A stretch of 64,000 bases of DNA, taken from the NCBI GenBank assembly GCA_965218435.1, contig CBDCKW010000009.1, positions 640,001 to 704,000 of the forward strand, written 5' to 3'. Below the pieces are notes generated by a model. It made no database searches. It was not told where the DNA came from and was given only the letters and a program-made list of their open reading frames with translations. Positions within the stretch are counted from its first letter, which is position 1. Every line of letters begins with the position of its first letter. Below are positions 30,578 through 39,786 of the stretch, in pieces. The DNA is from Truepera sp. GTDB taxonomy: Bacteria > Deinococcota > Deinococci > Deinococcales > Trueperaceae. The position numbers and the translations under genes were made by a program.

Positions 30578-32509
30578 ATGGCGACGCGAGCGCGTACGTT
30601 ACAAACTCAGTCAGAGCGTATACCCTTTTACCGCAACGTCAAAGTGCTCGGAACGCTGGCGCAGGTGGTCTTTGTCGCTGCGCTCGTGTTGGGTATTTTA
30701 GTGATGTATTTTAACGTCACTTCAGCCCTCGAGCGTTCCCGTATCCCGGCGAGTTTCGGCTTTTTGGATTCGCGTGCCGGAATCCCTATCGGTGAGTCGC
30801 TGATCTCTTACAGCCCCAGTGATACCTTTGCGCGGGCGCTGCTAGTCGGCGTCCTTAACACCCTGCGGGTGGCGCTCGTCGGGGTCGTATTGGCGACGCT
30901 TTTAGGGATTTTAATCGGGGTGATGCGGCTGTCAAAAAACTGGCTGCTGCGCCAAATCGCCCTCGTTTACGTTGAAACCATTCGTAACACCCCCCTTGCG
31001 GTGCAGCTCGTCTTTTGGTTTTATGCGGTGCTGATCCCGCTGCCGCCCCTGATCAGTAATCCGGTTGAACTGCCCTTCGGAGCCTATTTTAGTCAGGTCG
31101 GGCTGGCGCTGCCGTGGCTTTATCCGAGTTACAGCTTTAACGCATGGTTGCCGTGGTTGGGCGGCGCGCTCCTTCTCTATATCGTCTTTTACATCTTTCG
31201 GCGGGTGCAGATACGCCGTTCGGAGCGTCCGGGCAACGCGTGGTTGTGGCCGCTCTTGGCGGCGCTTCTAGTTGCTGGGGTCGGGTTTCCGCTCTCGTCG
31301 CAACCCCTCCCCGAGGGGACCAAAGCGGACTTCAGTCCTGAACGTGGGCGCGGCACGATTTTTGTTGATGCCAACGGTGACGGCGTGCAAGACCGGGGCG
31401 AACGCACGCTCCCTTACGCCAGAGTCGAAGTCAGCGTCCCTCAAGGGGTGCTCGCAGAAAATACGCAGACGATTGTTGAGTCGCGGCGGCGGGTTCAGAG
31501 CACCTTTCGTTTTTCAGCGTTGAAAGAACGCCAATTCAGCAGCGCCGAGGTGACGTTCGCCGACCCCCAAGTGGCGCAGGGTCTCAGTATTTACTACCTC
31601 AATTTTCCTTCGTCCGGGCTTGTCTACCGTGACCGTAACGGCAACGGCGAGTACGACAAAGGTGAAGAGCAAAATATAGAGAACCCTGACAAAGGTGGGT
31701 TTAACGGCGTTCCTCTCCGTCTGACCGTTGAGGGCTTCGAGCAGACCCTGACCGCCGACCGCACCGGACAGTTTCGTCTGCCGCCGTTTCAGTCACAAGC
31801 GCAGCTTGACGCGGCTGACGAGGCGGCTACAGCTGCCGCAAACGCACCCGCAGAAGAGAGCACGACCAGCCGGGGCGGGGACACCTCGAGCCCAGCAGGT
31901 CTGTTCGGCGGTGCGAGCAGCAGTTCGGGGGAGAACACCTCGAGCCCCAGCGACCTCTTTGGCGGTGACAGCAGTGCGGCTACAAACACTGCAAACGCTC
32001 CTGCACCTATCCAGGAAGCTGTCACCATCTTACCCAGCGGTCCGCTCGTCGCCAGCTTTCCGACCGTCCCGCTGACCAGCTACGAAGGCGGCGTCCAGCT
32101 CTCCGCGCCGTTTCTGGCGCTACTGTTGGGTTTGGTCATCTACACGGCGTCATTTATCTCTGAAATTGTGCGTGGCGGTATCCAAGCGGTCAACAAAGGC
32201 CAGCGTGAAGCGGCCAAATCGGTCGGCCTCAGTGACGCTCAGACTTTCAGGCTTATCGTTTTCCCGCAGGCGCTCCGTATCATCTTGCCCCCTCTCCTAA
32301 GCCAGTACCTCAACCTCACCAAAAACTCGTCTTTGGCGCTCCTAATTACCTTTGTAGACTTTTTCGCCATCGGCCGGATTATCGGGAACCAGACCGGCGC
32401 GACGGTGCCGATTATCGTCATCATTATCGGAGGGTATCTGCTCGTGAGTTTCGTCTTTGCGTTTATCCTTAACGTGGTCAACGCCCGGTTTGCGCTGGTC
32501 GAACGGTGA
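30578..32509 (+). CDS. aapQ: Amino acid ABC permease (AapQ-like) with large soluble insertion
   Basis: VETIRNTPL and SEIVRGGIQAV..GQREAA (EAA loop); 643 aa because of the insert. Confidence 0.88.
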   Translation: MATRARTLQTQSERIPFYRNVKVLGTLAQVVFVAALVLGILVMYFNVTSALERSRIPASFGFLDSRAGIPIGESLISYSPSDTFARALLVGVLNTLRVALVGVVLATLLGILIGVMRLSKNWLLRQIALVYVETIRNTPLAVQLVFWFYAVLIPLPPLISNPVELPFGAYFSQVGLALPWLYPSYSFNAWLPWLGGALLLYIVFYIFRRVQIRRSERPGNAWLWPLLAALLVAGVGFPLSSQPLPEGTKADFSPERGRGTIFVDANGDGVQDRGERTLPYARVEVSVPQGVLAENTQTIVESRRRVQSTFRFSALKERQFSSAEVTFADPQVAQGLSIYYLNFPSSGLVYRDRNGNGEYDKGEEQNIENPDKGGFNGVPLRLTVEGFEQTLTADRTGQFRLPPFQSQAQLDAADEAATAAANAPAEESTTSRGGDTSSPAGLFGGASSSSGENTSSPSDLFGGDSSAATNTANAPAPIQEAVTILPSGPLVASFPTVPLTSYEGGVQLSAPFLALLLGLVIYTASFISEIVRGGIQAVNKGQREAAKSVGLSDAQTFRLIVFPQALRIILPPLLSQYLNLTKNSSLALLITFVDFFAIGRIIGNQTGATVPIIVIIIGGYLLVSFVFAFILNVVNARFALVER

Positions 32510-33726
32510 TCGAAGCGCGTCGCCCCCCAACTTTAGAAACCGGCGCAGCTGCGTGGCTCCGCCGCAACCTATTTGGTTCGGTTTTGAGCAGCGTCGCTAC
32601 GGTTGTGATTGCAGCAGCTGCGGTTTACGTGTTGTACGAACTGCTTAGCTGGATCGTCTTGGCAGCGTCGTGGCAGCAGCTCTGGAACAACCTCAAGCTG
32701 TTTGCGGTCTACCGCTACCCAGCTGATCTGCTGAGCCGACCGCTGGCAATCGCTGCGATGTTTATGGCGCTGTTAGGCGTGACGGCGGGGGCAGCTCAAG
32801 AAGGCACCGGACGCATCGTCCGGGGTGTTTTTGTCCAGCTCTTTGTGCTCGTCGCCGTGCTAACGGTGCTTGGACTGCTCTACTGGGAGGCGGTGCGCTG
32901 GGGCTGGTTGGCGGTCGCGGTTTCGGCTCTTGTCGGTTTTGCCTTTGGCCGACTGTTTCCCAAAGTCATGTCCGGGCTGTTATGGGCGTGGCTCGGGGCG
33001 CTCGTGATCGGGTTTCTGCTGCTATACGGCGTGCCGGGAATCCGCACTGGCGAGTGGCGCGTGGTTCCGACTCGTGAGTGGGGCGGGTTTATGCTTACGC
33101 TCATCTTGTCGGTTGTCGGCATCACCGTCAGTTTTCCGCTCGGTATCGCGCTCGCCCTCGGTCGTAGGAGCCGTCTGCCGACCATCAAATACGTCTGCAT
33201 CGCCTTTATCGAGGTGATTCGCGGTGCGCCGCTGATCACCTGGCTTTACATCGCCTCGCTGATGGTACCGCTGCTCCTCAACATCGACACCGACCGGGTG
33301 AGCGCACTTAACAAGGCGCTCGTCGCCCTGACGCTCTTTTCGGCGGCGTATATGGCCGAAAACGTGCGCGGCGGGTTGCAAGCTGTCGCTAAAGGGCAAG
33401 GGGAGGCGGCGCGGGCCTTGGGTCTCTCGGCGTGGCAGTCTATGCGGATGATCATCTTGCCGCAGGCGCTTAAAGCGGTCATCCCGGCGATTGTCGGACA
33501 AGCCATCGGGCTCTTTAAGGACACCTCGCTCGTGTTGATCGTCGGGTTACAAGACTTTTTTAATATTCACAACATCGTCGCGCAGCAACCGGCGTCGTTG
33601 CAAGTCCAGGGCGGGGTGAGGCTCGAGCTCTCCCTCTTTTTAGCCCTGATCTACTGGTTTTTCGCCTTTCGGATGAGCCGCGCGAGTCGGCAGCTCGAGG
33701 CTGAACTCGGTGTAGGCACGCGTTAA
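32506..33726 (+). CDS. aapM: Amino acid ABC permease (AapM-like)
   Basis: WGGFMLTL, AENVRGGLQA..GQGEAARALG, FKDTSL. Confidence 0.9.
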   Translation: MIEARRPPTLETGAAAWLRRNLFGSVLSSVATVVIAAAAVYVLYELLSWIVLAASWQQLWNNLKLFAVYRYPADLLSRPLAIAAMFMALLGVTAGAAQEGTGRIVRGVFVQLFVLVAVLTVLGLLYWEAVRWGWLAVAVSALVGFAFGRLFPKVMSGLLWAWLGALVIGFLLLYGVPGIRTGEWRVVPTREWGGFMLTLILSVVGITVSFPLGIALALGRRSRLPTIKYVCIAFIEVIRGAPLITWLYIASLMVPLLLNIDTDRVSALNKALVALTLFSAAYMAENVRGGLQAVAKGQGEAARALGLSAWQSMRMIILPQALKAVIPAIVGQAIGLFKDTSLVLIVGLQDFFNIHNIVAQQPASLQVQGGVRLELSLFLALIYWFFAFRMSRASRQLEAELGVGTR

Positions 33727-33744
33727 GACCATGAGGAGACAAGT

Positions 33745-34563
33745 ATGACTGTAACTGTCAACAAAAATGCCACCAGTAAATCCAGCGATTCCGTCCGGGC
33801 CGACGCGCCGCAGGGTGGACAAAAGATCATTGAAATTGACGACCTAAACAAGTGGTTCGGTGAGTTTCACGTCCTTAAAGACATCAATTTGTCGGTCAAC
33901 AAAGCTGAAGTGGTCGTCGTCATCGGGCCATCGGGGTCGGGTAAATCTACGCTGATTCGCTGCGTGAACCGGCTCGAGGAACACCAGCAGGGCCGCATCA
34001 CCGTAGACGGCGTTGAACTGACCGATGACGTAAAAAAGATTGACCAAATCCGCCGCGAAACCGGTATGGTCTTTCAGCAGTTCAACTTGTTTCCGCACCT
34101 GACAGTCATGGAAAACATCATCTTGGCCCCTGTCCGCGTGCGGAAGTGGAAACGCTCAAAAGCTGAAGAGCGGGCGCGGTACTTTTTGGAAAAAGTCGGC
34201 ATTCCCGAACAGGCTGACAAATATCCTGGTCAGCTTTCAGGGGGTCAGCAGCAACGTGTGGCGATTGCGCGGGCGCTCACGATGGAACCTAAAGTCATGC
34301 TCTTCGACGAACCGACTTCAGCTCTCGACCCTGAAGTTATCGGTGAAGTTTTGGAAGTCATGGTCAACCTTGCTAGAGAGGGTATCACCATGATTGTGGT
34401 GACGCACGAGATGGGCTTTGCTAGAGAAGTCGGTGACCGCGTGATCTTTATGGACCGTGGGCAAATCGTCGAGGTCGGCTCGCCTGAGCACTTTTTTAAC
34501 AACCCGCAAGAAGAGCGCACCAAGTCGTTTTTGTCGAAGATTTTGAAAGCGGCGAAAGATTAA
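33745..34563 (+). CDS. aapP: Amino acid ABC transporter ATP-binding protein
   Basis: [28 protein letters not shown]. Confidence 0.95.
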   Translation: MTVTVNKNATSKSSDSVRADAPQGGQKIIEIDDLNKWFGEFHVLKDINLSVNKAEVVVVIGPSGSGKSTLIRCVNRLEEHQQGRITVDGVELTDDVKKIDQIRRETGMVFQQFNLFPHLTVMENIILAPVRVRKWKRSKAEERARYFLEKVGIPEQADKYPGQLSGGQQQRVAIARALTMEPKVMLFDEPTSALDPEVIGEVLEVMVNLAREGITMIVVTHEMGFAREVGDRVIFMDRGQIVEVGSPEHFFNNPQEERTKSFLSKILKAAKD

Positions 34564-34825
34564 GAACTGTGTATGACAGAGAGAGACTTGGGGACAACTT
34601 TCCTCTAGGTTCCTCTCCGCAAGCTCAATGAAGTAAAGCGTCGTGTACATGCTAGGGTGACGTATGACTGACAACATCACCCTCGAGCCCGCGAATCCCG
34701 ATTGGCCGAGGTTGTTTGAAGAGGAAAAGGCGCGGCTGCTGGCTGACTTCGGTTCGCGCTTTATCGCCATCGAACACTCAGGCAGTACGGCGGTTACCGG
34801 TCTGGACGCGAAACCGGTCATTGAT

Positions 34826-35388
34826 AGTCCTCATAAATGGATTCAAACCCCCGTCTTCGAGACGGGCGACGCTTCAGCGTGTAAATTGCAGTGATGGAAC
34901 GCTATACCAAGGGAAGTCATACGCTGTACCACCACCGCTATCACTTGGTCTGGATCACGAAGTACCGCTATAGAGTGCTGAGGGGTGAGTTGCAGCGGCG
35001 AGTACGGACAATTATTGCTCAGGTAGCTGAAGAGCCAGGGGTCAAGATTCTGAATGGGGTGGTGTCGAGTGACCACATCCACCTGTTTGTGTCGATTCCA
35101 CCACACCTAGCCGTGAGCGAATTTATCAAACGGGCGAAGGGGCGGAGTTCAAGGAAAGTGCAACAGGAGTTTCCAGAGTTGAGGAAAAGGTATTGGGGAC
35201 GTCACTTTTGGGCGAGAGGCTACTTTAGCGCCACGAGTGGGAACGTGACCGATGAGATGATCGACGAGTACATCAACAACCACTACGATGCTCACAAGCA
35301 AAGCGGCGAGGAGAACATCTCTTTAGAGTGACCTCCGGCTTCCAGCCTAGCTCTTCAACCCACCGACTTCGAGTCGGTGGTGGTTAAG
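34826..35388 (+). mobile_element. IS200-group insertion sequence (tnpA only), 563 bp
   Basis: Subterminal hairpins CCCGTCT-tcg-AGACGGG (left) and CCACCGACT-tcg-AGTCGGTGG (right); inserted 3' of TTGAT with no TSD; boundaries ambiguous by 1 nt. Confidence 0.92.
34894..35331 (+). CDS. tnpA: IS200/IS605 Y1 (HUH) transposase
   Basis: YHLVWITKYR, DHIHL (HUH), FWARGYF, catalytic Tyr helix IDEYINNH. Confidence 0.96.
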   Translation: MERYTKGSHTLYHHRYHLVWITKYRYRVLRGELQRRVRTIIAQVAEEPGVKILNGVVSSDHIHLFVSIPPHLAVSEFIKRAKGRSSRKVQQEFPELRKRYWGRHFWARGYFSATSGNVTDEMIDEYINNHYDAHKQSGEENISLE

Positions 35389-36102
35389 ATACTCGGCGGC
35401 GTGGCGTCAATGGACGAAGCCGACGCTCTATTAGAGCCGCTTTGTGCCGCCGGTTGGGACACGTCACCGGAATTTAACGCGACGCTTTCCGACCGGCGTT
35501 TTTTGCTGCGCTGGCCCAATGGAATTCGTACTCATCACCTGCATCTGGTCGTCTACGGTGGTGAGCCGTGGCAGCACCAACTCAAGTTTCGTGATTGTCT
35601 CCGGTCCTACCCAGAAATAGCTAGGAGTTACCAAGAGCTAAAGTACAACCTTGCAGTAACCCATAAAACTGACCGCTTTGCCTATACCGAAGCGAAAACA
35701 GCTTTTATCTCGAGTGTTTTAGAGGACCGCAGCTAAATCTCAGATAGCAGTTTAGGCCATTGTCAAAACGCTAGGTTTCTACCCGACCGAGCCGACAACT
35801 TCATCAAGGTCACAAGCGGCGTTACGTCAAACTTTTTGTCCAAAGATGCCCATAACGTTGTGGGCGCTTCTCTTCTTTACAGCCAGTGACGCGGCAGCAA
35901 GTCGCGGAGTTTCATCACCTGATTGTCCGGCATCGGCACACCCGCGTCGAAATTGCGTGAGCGAGGACCTAGCCCGGTCTCAGCGACTACGGAAACCGCT
36001 TTGTAAAATGGACTCAGAGACGCTAAATGGTACATCTCCGAGTCTCATCTGTGACAGTTGATGCTGAAACCAAGAAGTCGCACGGACCATGAGCTGGAGG
36101 TG

Positions 36103-36675
36103 TTACTTAACGCCCTGCGTTATGGTTTGTGAAATGGCTAAAGTGGGCTCGAGGAAAACATAGGTAGCACTGTAAGCGGTCCGCGTTTCTTCGCCTAGCG
36201 TTTCAGCGCTGCACCCGCTTGCTGGCGCAACGCCGCCCGCAGTATCTAAGCGCTGCACAAAGGTCGCGTTGCTAAGTAGCCCCTGCCCTCTCGTTTCGGC
36301 TTTGACTAACAGCCAAGGTACCGAGTTCGCGTCAGGACTGGGAACTTCGGCAAGCTTACTGCCGAGGATGCTCGAGCCGTCCGGAGCTGTCCAGTTGGGA
36401 CCGGCTCCGTGGCTGGCGACAAAGCCAGAAGCGTTCTCGAGCACCGCGTCGGGCGCAGTCAATGACCAAGCAGGAGCGGCACCTCCAACTTGCTGACAGG
36501 TATAAATCTGTACGCCGCGCCCGGTGGCCCGTAAAAACTCGGCGTTACCAGCTGGCGCAGCTAGCTCAGCTGGAACCACACCTGGTCCGGGGGTCGGGGT
36601 GGGTGTGGTCACCTCATCACCTTGACAGGCGGCGAGTGAAAGGCCCATTAGGAGCAGAGTAGCTAAACGTATCAT
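36103..36675 (-). CDS. DUF3455 lipoprotein
   Basis: Lipobox LAAC; GRGVQIYTC, GPNW, VPWLL, RLDTAGG, YSATYVF. Confidence 0.85.
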   Translation of the reverse strand: MIRLATLLLMGLSLAACQGDEVTTPTPTPGPGVVPAELAAPAGNAEFLRATGRGVQIYTCQQVGGAAPAWSLTAPDAVLENASGFVASHGAGPNWTAPDGSSILGSKLAEVPSPDANSVPWLLVKAETRGQGLLSNATFVQRLDTAGGVAPASGCSAETLGEETRTAYSATYVFLEPTLAISQTITQGVK

Positions 36676-37111
36676 CAGGGGTACCTCCAGTAGAGGGGCT
36701 TCACAGGTTCGTTTCGTCCGCCGGTTAAATCCACTAGGATGTGAGCGCTGCGCGAGCGGTTTCCAAACGTTCCAGTGGGATAACGCTCGACCCTCCTTTC
36801 TTGACCTAGAAACGCACCGCCAAGTGTACGCACGGCGTGAGGCTGCAAGCTTAGCACTTAGACGGCAGCAGCAGGACTAAGTGAGCAGTACGGGCCGCAG
36901 TAAAGTAGCAGCTCGGCCACCGGTGCGGTGCAGTCTAAGTAGATATACACCGATATATGGGCCTTGGCTCCTTGACATATAGCGGGTATCCGCTGGGGAG
37001 CAGTGCCATAGATTTAGCTGACCAGCGCATACATTCTAAGATGGTACTTGTGTCAACCTCTTTTGGAAATGCTGATAGGTACTAAAGCCGTTATCAGCTC
37101 TTTTTAGCTTC

Positions 37112-38464
37112 CTAAGCCATCGTCAAAACGTTAGGCTTCCACGCCACCGCGCCAACCACGTCACCCGTCAAATCGTAAGCCGTCGCGCCCGTAACTTTGA
37201 CCTTGACGATATCGCCAATTTTTACGGTGCCGTCACCTATTGCAAAAACGTTGCCGTCAATCCCCGGCGCGTCAGCCTTTGTGCGCCCCACGAGGTCGCC
37301 GGGAAACTTGCCGTAATCGTCTACGATGACCTCGAGCACTCGCCCGACTTTGCTCCGGTTGATACTCAGGCTAATCTCTTGCTGCGCCGCCATCAGCCTT
37401 TCAAACCGTTCCTGTTTGACCTCTTCGGGTACCTGACCCGCGAAGCTGTTCGCCGCCGCACCCGGCACCTCGCTGTAGGTAAACGCGCCGACACGCTCGA
37501 GCCTCGCCTCGCCCAAAAAGTCCAGAAGCTGCGTGAAGTCATCTTCGGTCTCGCCGGGAAAACCCACGATAAAGGTTGAACGAATCGCCAGCTCCGGGCA
37601 GATGTCGCGCCATGCCTTAATCGTTTCTAAATGACTTTTTGCCCCGCCAGGTCGCCGCATCGCTTTTAAGATTTTGGGGCTCGCGTGCTGCAAAGGCACA
37701 TCTAAATAGGGGACAAGTCTGCCCTCAGCCATCAGCGGAATGAGCCCTTTGATGTGCGGATACGGGTAGACGTAGTGAAGCCGCACCCAGACGCCCATCT
37801 CAGCGAGTTCTGTGACGAGTGGGACGAGGTGCGCCCCGACCTGGCGGCCTTGAAACTCACTTTCTCTATGCCCAATATCCGAACCATATGCTGACGAGTC
37901 TTGCGCGATAACTAAAAGCTCTTTGGTGCCGCTCGCTGCCAGACGATACGCTTCGTAGAGCACGTCACCCGCGTCACGCGAAACTTGCAACCCGCGCATC
38001 TGCGGGATGATGCAAAACGCGCATTTGTGATTGCAGCCTTCGGCAATTTTTAGGTACGAATAGTGACGCGGCGTAAGCTTGACGCCTTGCGCCGGAACGA
38101 GGCTGGTAAAAGGGTTATCGTCTCGAGGCAGGGTACGGTGAACCGCGTCCATCACGCCGTCTACATCGGCCTGTCCGGTCACGGCTAAGACGCTCGGATG
38201 ACGCGCCATAATCTCTTCGGGGCGTTCACCCAAGCAACCTGTGACGATGACCTTGCCGTTTTGCTCCAACGCTTCTCCGATGGCACCCAAAGACTCTTCG
38301 ACGGCTGGGGTGATAAAGCCGCAGGTGTTGACGACGACGACTTCCGCTTCGTCGTAACTAGGAACGACGCTGTAACCCTCGGCGCGGAGCTGGGTGAGGA
38401 TGCGTTCGCTATCAACTAGGGCTTTGGGGCAGCCCAGGCTTACAAAACCGACTTTGCCAGACAT
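37112..38464 (-). CDS. rimO: Ribosomal protein S12 methylthiotransferase RimO
   Basis: [20 protein letters not shown] radical-SAM motif, C-terminal TRAM; start ATG 38464. Confidence 0.96.
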   Translation of the reverse strand: MSGKVGFVSLGCPKALVDSERILTQLRAEGYSVVPSYDEAEVVVVNTCGFITPAVEESLGAIGEALEQNGKVIVTGCLGERPEEIMARHPSVLAVTGQADVDGVMDAVHRTLPRDDNPFTSLVPAQGVKLTPRHYSYLKIAEGCNHKCAFCIIPQMRGLQVSRDAGDVLYEAYRLAASGTKELLVIAQDSSAYGSDIGHRESEFQGRQVGAHLVPLVTELAEMGVWVRLHYVYPYPHIKGLIPLMAEGRLVPYLDVPLQHASPKILKAMRRPGGAKSHLETIKAWRDICPELAIRSTFIVGFPGETEDDFTQLLDFLGEARLERVGAFTYSEVPGAAANSFAGQVPEEVKQERFERLMAAQQEISLSINRSKVGRVLEVIVDDYGKFPGDLVGRTKADAPGIDGNVFAIGDGTVKIGDIVKVKVTGATAYDLTGDVVGAVAWKPNVLTMA

Positions 38465-38540
38465 TAAAAACTCCACTCCGAAAAGACCAAGCAAATTACA
38501 CAACCGCCTAGTATATCGCGGAATGTGCTTTCCCGAGTCC

Positions 38541-38546
38541 TATACT
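38541..38546 (+). promoter_or_regulatory. Leaderless -10 element for the HEPN/MTase cassette
   Basis: TATACT-6 nt-ATG(38553). Confidence 0.55.
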
Positions 38547-38552
38547 TGTCCT

Positions 38553-39299
38553 ATGTCTATGTACGCACACTTTTTCAAAGAAGTATCAAAAAAATGTAAA
38601 AAAATTTTGGATGATAACCTTGCATACGATGTTAGATTAAATAGAGAAGTTACTCATATGTTGGCTTTAGCTAACGCGGCCATTGGGATACCGCTTGAGC
38701 GTTTGGAACTCAATCCTTTGTCTGGTGACAACAAACAGTATAGTGTCGCGCAGCAAGATTTTGCAGATTTGCTAGAAAGTAGCTATCTGCAATCACATCT
38801 GCATCAAAATGGTACGTGGTGTTATGGGAGGTGGAGCGGTAAGCCTAAAGAGTGGGAAAGTAGAGTCACTTATAGTTCTAAATTGATTGAGCTGCATTTT
38901 GAGAACTCTGGAAACCCGCCTACAGTCAAGATGTTCCTTAAACATCTTAGAAACGCTTTTGCTCATGGAAATCTGTTTTTCCGGGCTAAGTCGGGTGAGA
39001 TTACACAAGTTATATTTATCCAACAAGATTTTATAAAGGAAGAAATTGACGCTACAGTCAAAGCAGAATGCTCAAATTTGGCACTGTCTTTACAAGGTAA
39101 ACAGAGAAAAGCTTTGAAAAAAGCAATTAAGGATGCTGCTGTGTGGATAGAAGGTTACGCTTTCCTCAGTATTGCTCCTGAAGATTTCAGAAAATTTTTA
39201 TCCGCATGGTTTGAATATGTCAACAGCTTAAAAGTTGAAGATGAAGTCCTTAAACAAATTTACGGAGATGAGGTTGTTCTGGGTGAAGCCGCCGATTAA
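38553..39299 (+). CDS. HEPN-domain protein (pEK499_p136-like)
   Basis: AT-rich; REVTHMLALANAAIGIP helix and FLKHLRNAFAHGN (R-x4-H). Confidence 0.7.
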   Translation: MSMYAHFFKEVSKKCKKILDDNLAYDVRLNREVTHMLALANAAIGIPLERLELNPLSGDNKQYSVAQQDFADLLESSYLQSHLHQNGTWCYGRWSGKPKEWESRVTYSSKLIELHFENSGNPPTVKMFLKHLRNAFAHGNLFFRAKSGEITQVIFIQQDFIKEEIDATVKAECSNLALSLQGKQRKALKKAIKDAAVWIEGYAFLSIAPEDFRKFLSAWFEYVNSLKVEDEVLKQIYGDEVVLGEAAD

Positions 39300-39786
39300 A
39301 ACTGCCTTCTATCCCTGTTGCGCTCGAGACTTTTTAGAACCGCTCGAGATACTCAGCAGCTATGTTGATGAAGTCATCTTTTGCGATCCCTATCCGCATT
39401 TGAAGACCGAGTTCATATCTTTGATGGCCCAAAGGGGTGAACGCCTACCCAATGCTCGCTTGATTTCGGATGGCGCAAGACGTGGAATAGAGACGCTCGA
39501 GCGTATAGATATTCTATTTTACCGAAGGGACAGTAGAGGAGAAGGAGGAAGCAACGTACTTGTTTTGGCCAAACCTTTTCTGCTTACAGTGCTCGAAAGA
39601 ATGCCGCCCGAAGGCGGTTTAATTATTACTGACGGTTCAAATCACGGCAATCACTATTATCAAAAAGCGTTGCGCCCGCAAGGGGTCAATAAATTTGGGT
39701 ATTATATGTGCGCTTTGCCTGAATCGGAGCAACCTTTTAGGAAAGAAAATCTGCACGTCATTAAAGTGAAGCTCGAACAACCTTGA
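39283..39786 (+). CDS. Uncharacterised class I SAM-methyltransferase-fold protein
   Basis: TAFYPCCARD (motif I-like), VIFCD, IDILFYRRDS, GGLIITD strand pattern; GTG start inferred, overlaps both neighbours. Confidence 0.5.
   Translation: MKPPIKTAFYPCCARDFLEPLEILSSYVDEVIFCDPYPHLKTEFISLMAQRGERLPNARLISDGARRGIETLERIDILFYRRDSRGEGGSNVLVLAKPFLLTVLERMPPEGGLIITDGSNHGNHYYQKALRPQGVNKFGYYMCALPESEQPFRKENLHVIKVKLEQP

Larger units (their letters stand above)
34664..35736 (+). pseudogene. GrpB (UPF0157) family gene interrupted by IS200
   Basis: 5' half ...IEHSGSTAVTGLDAKPVID (34664-34825) joins in frame to ILGGV...THHLHL...YTEAKTAFI (35389-35736), 169 aa. Confidence 0.9.

Noticed and set aside
35737..36102. 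71-aa ORF or possible gene remnant downstream of grpB
   Set aside because: No recognisable motif, RBS or consistent frame; not a tnpB remnant as far as I can see
36676..37111. Structured RNA or 60-aa ORF between DUF3455 and rimO
   Set aside because: Only weak hairpins; no recognisable motif
38394..38552. N-terminal extension of the HEPN ORF given by the track
   Set aside because: Overlaps rimO head-to-head; the leaderless -10 box supports ATG 38553
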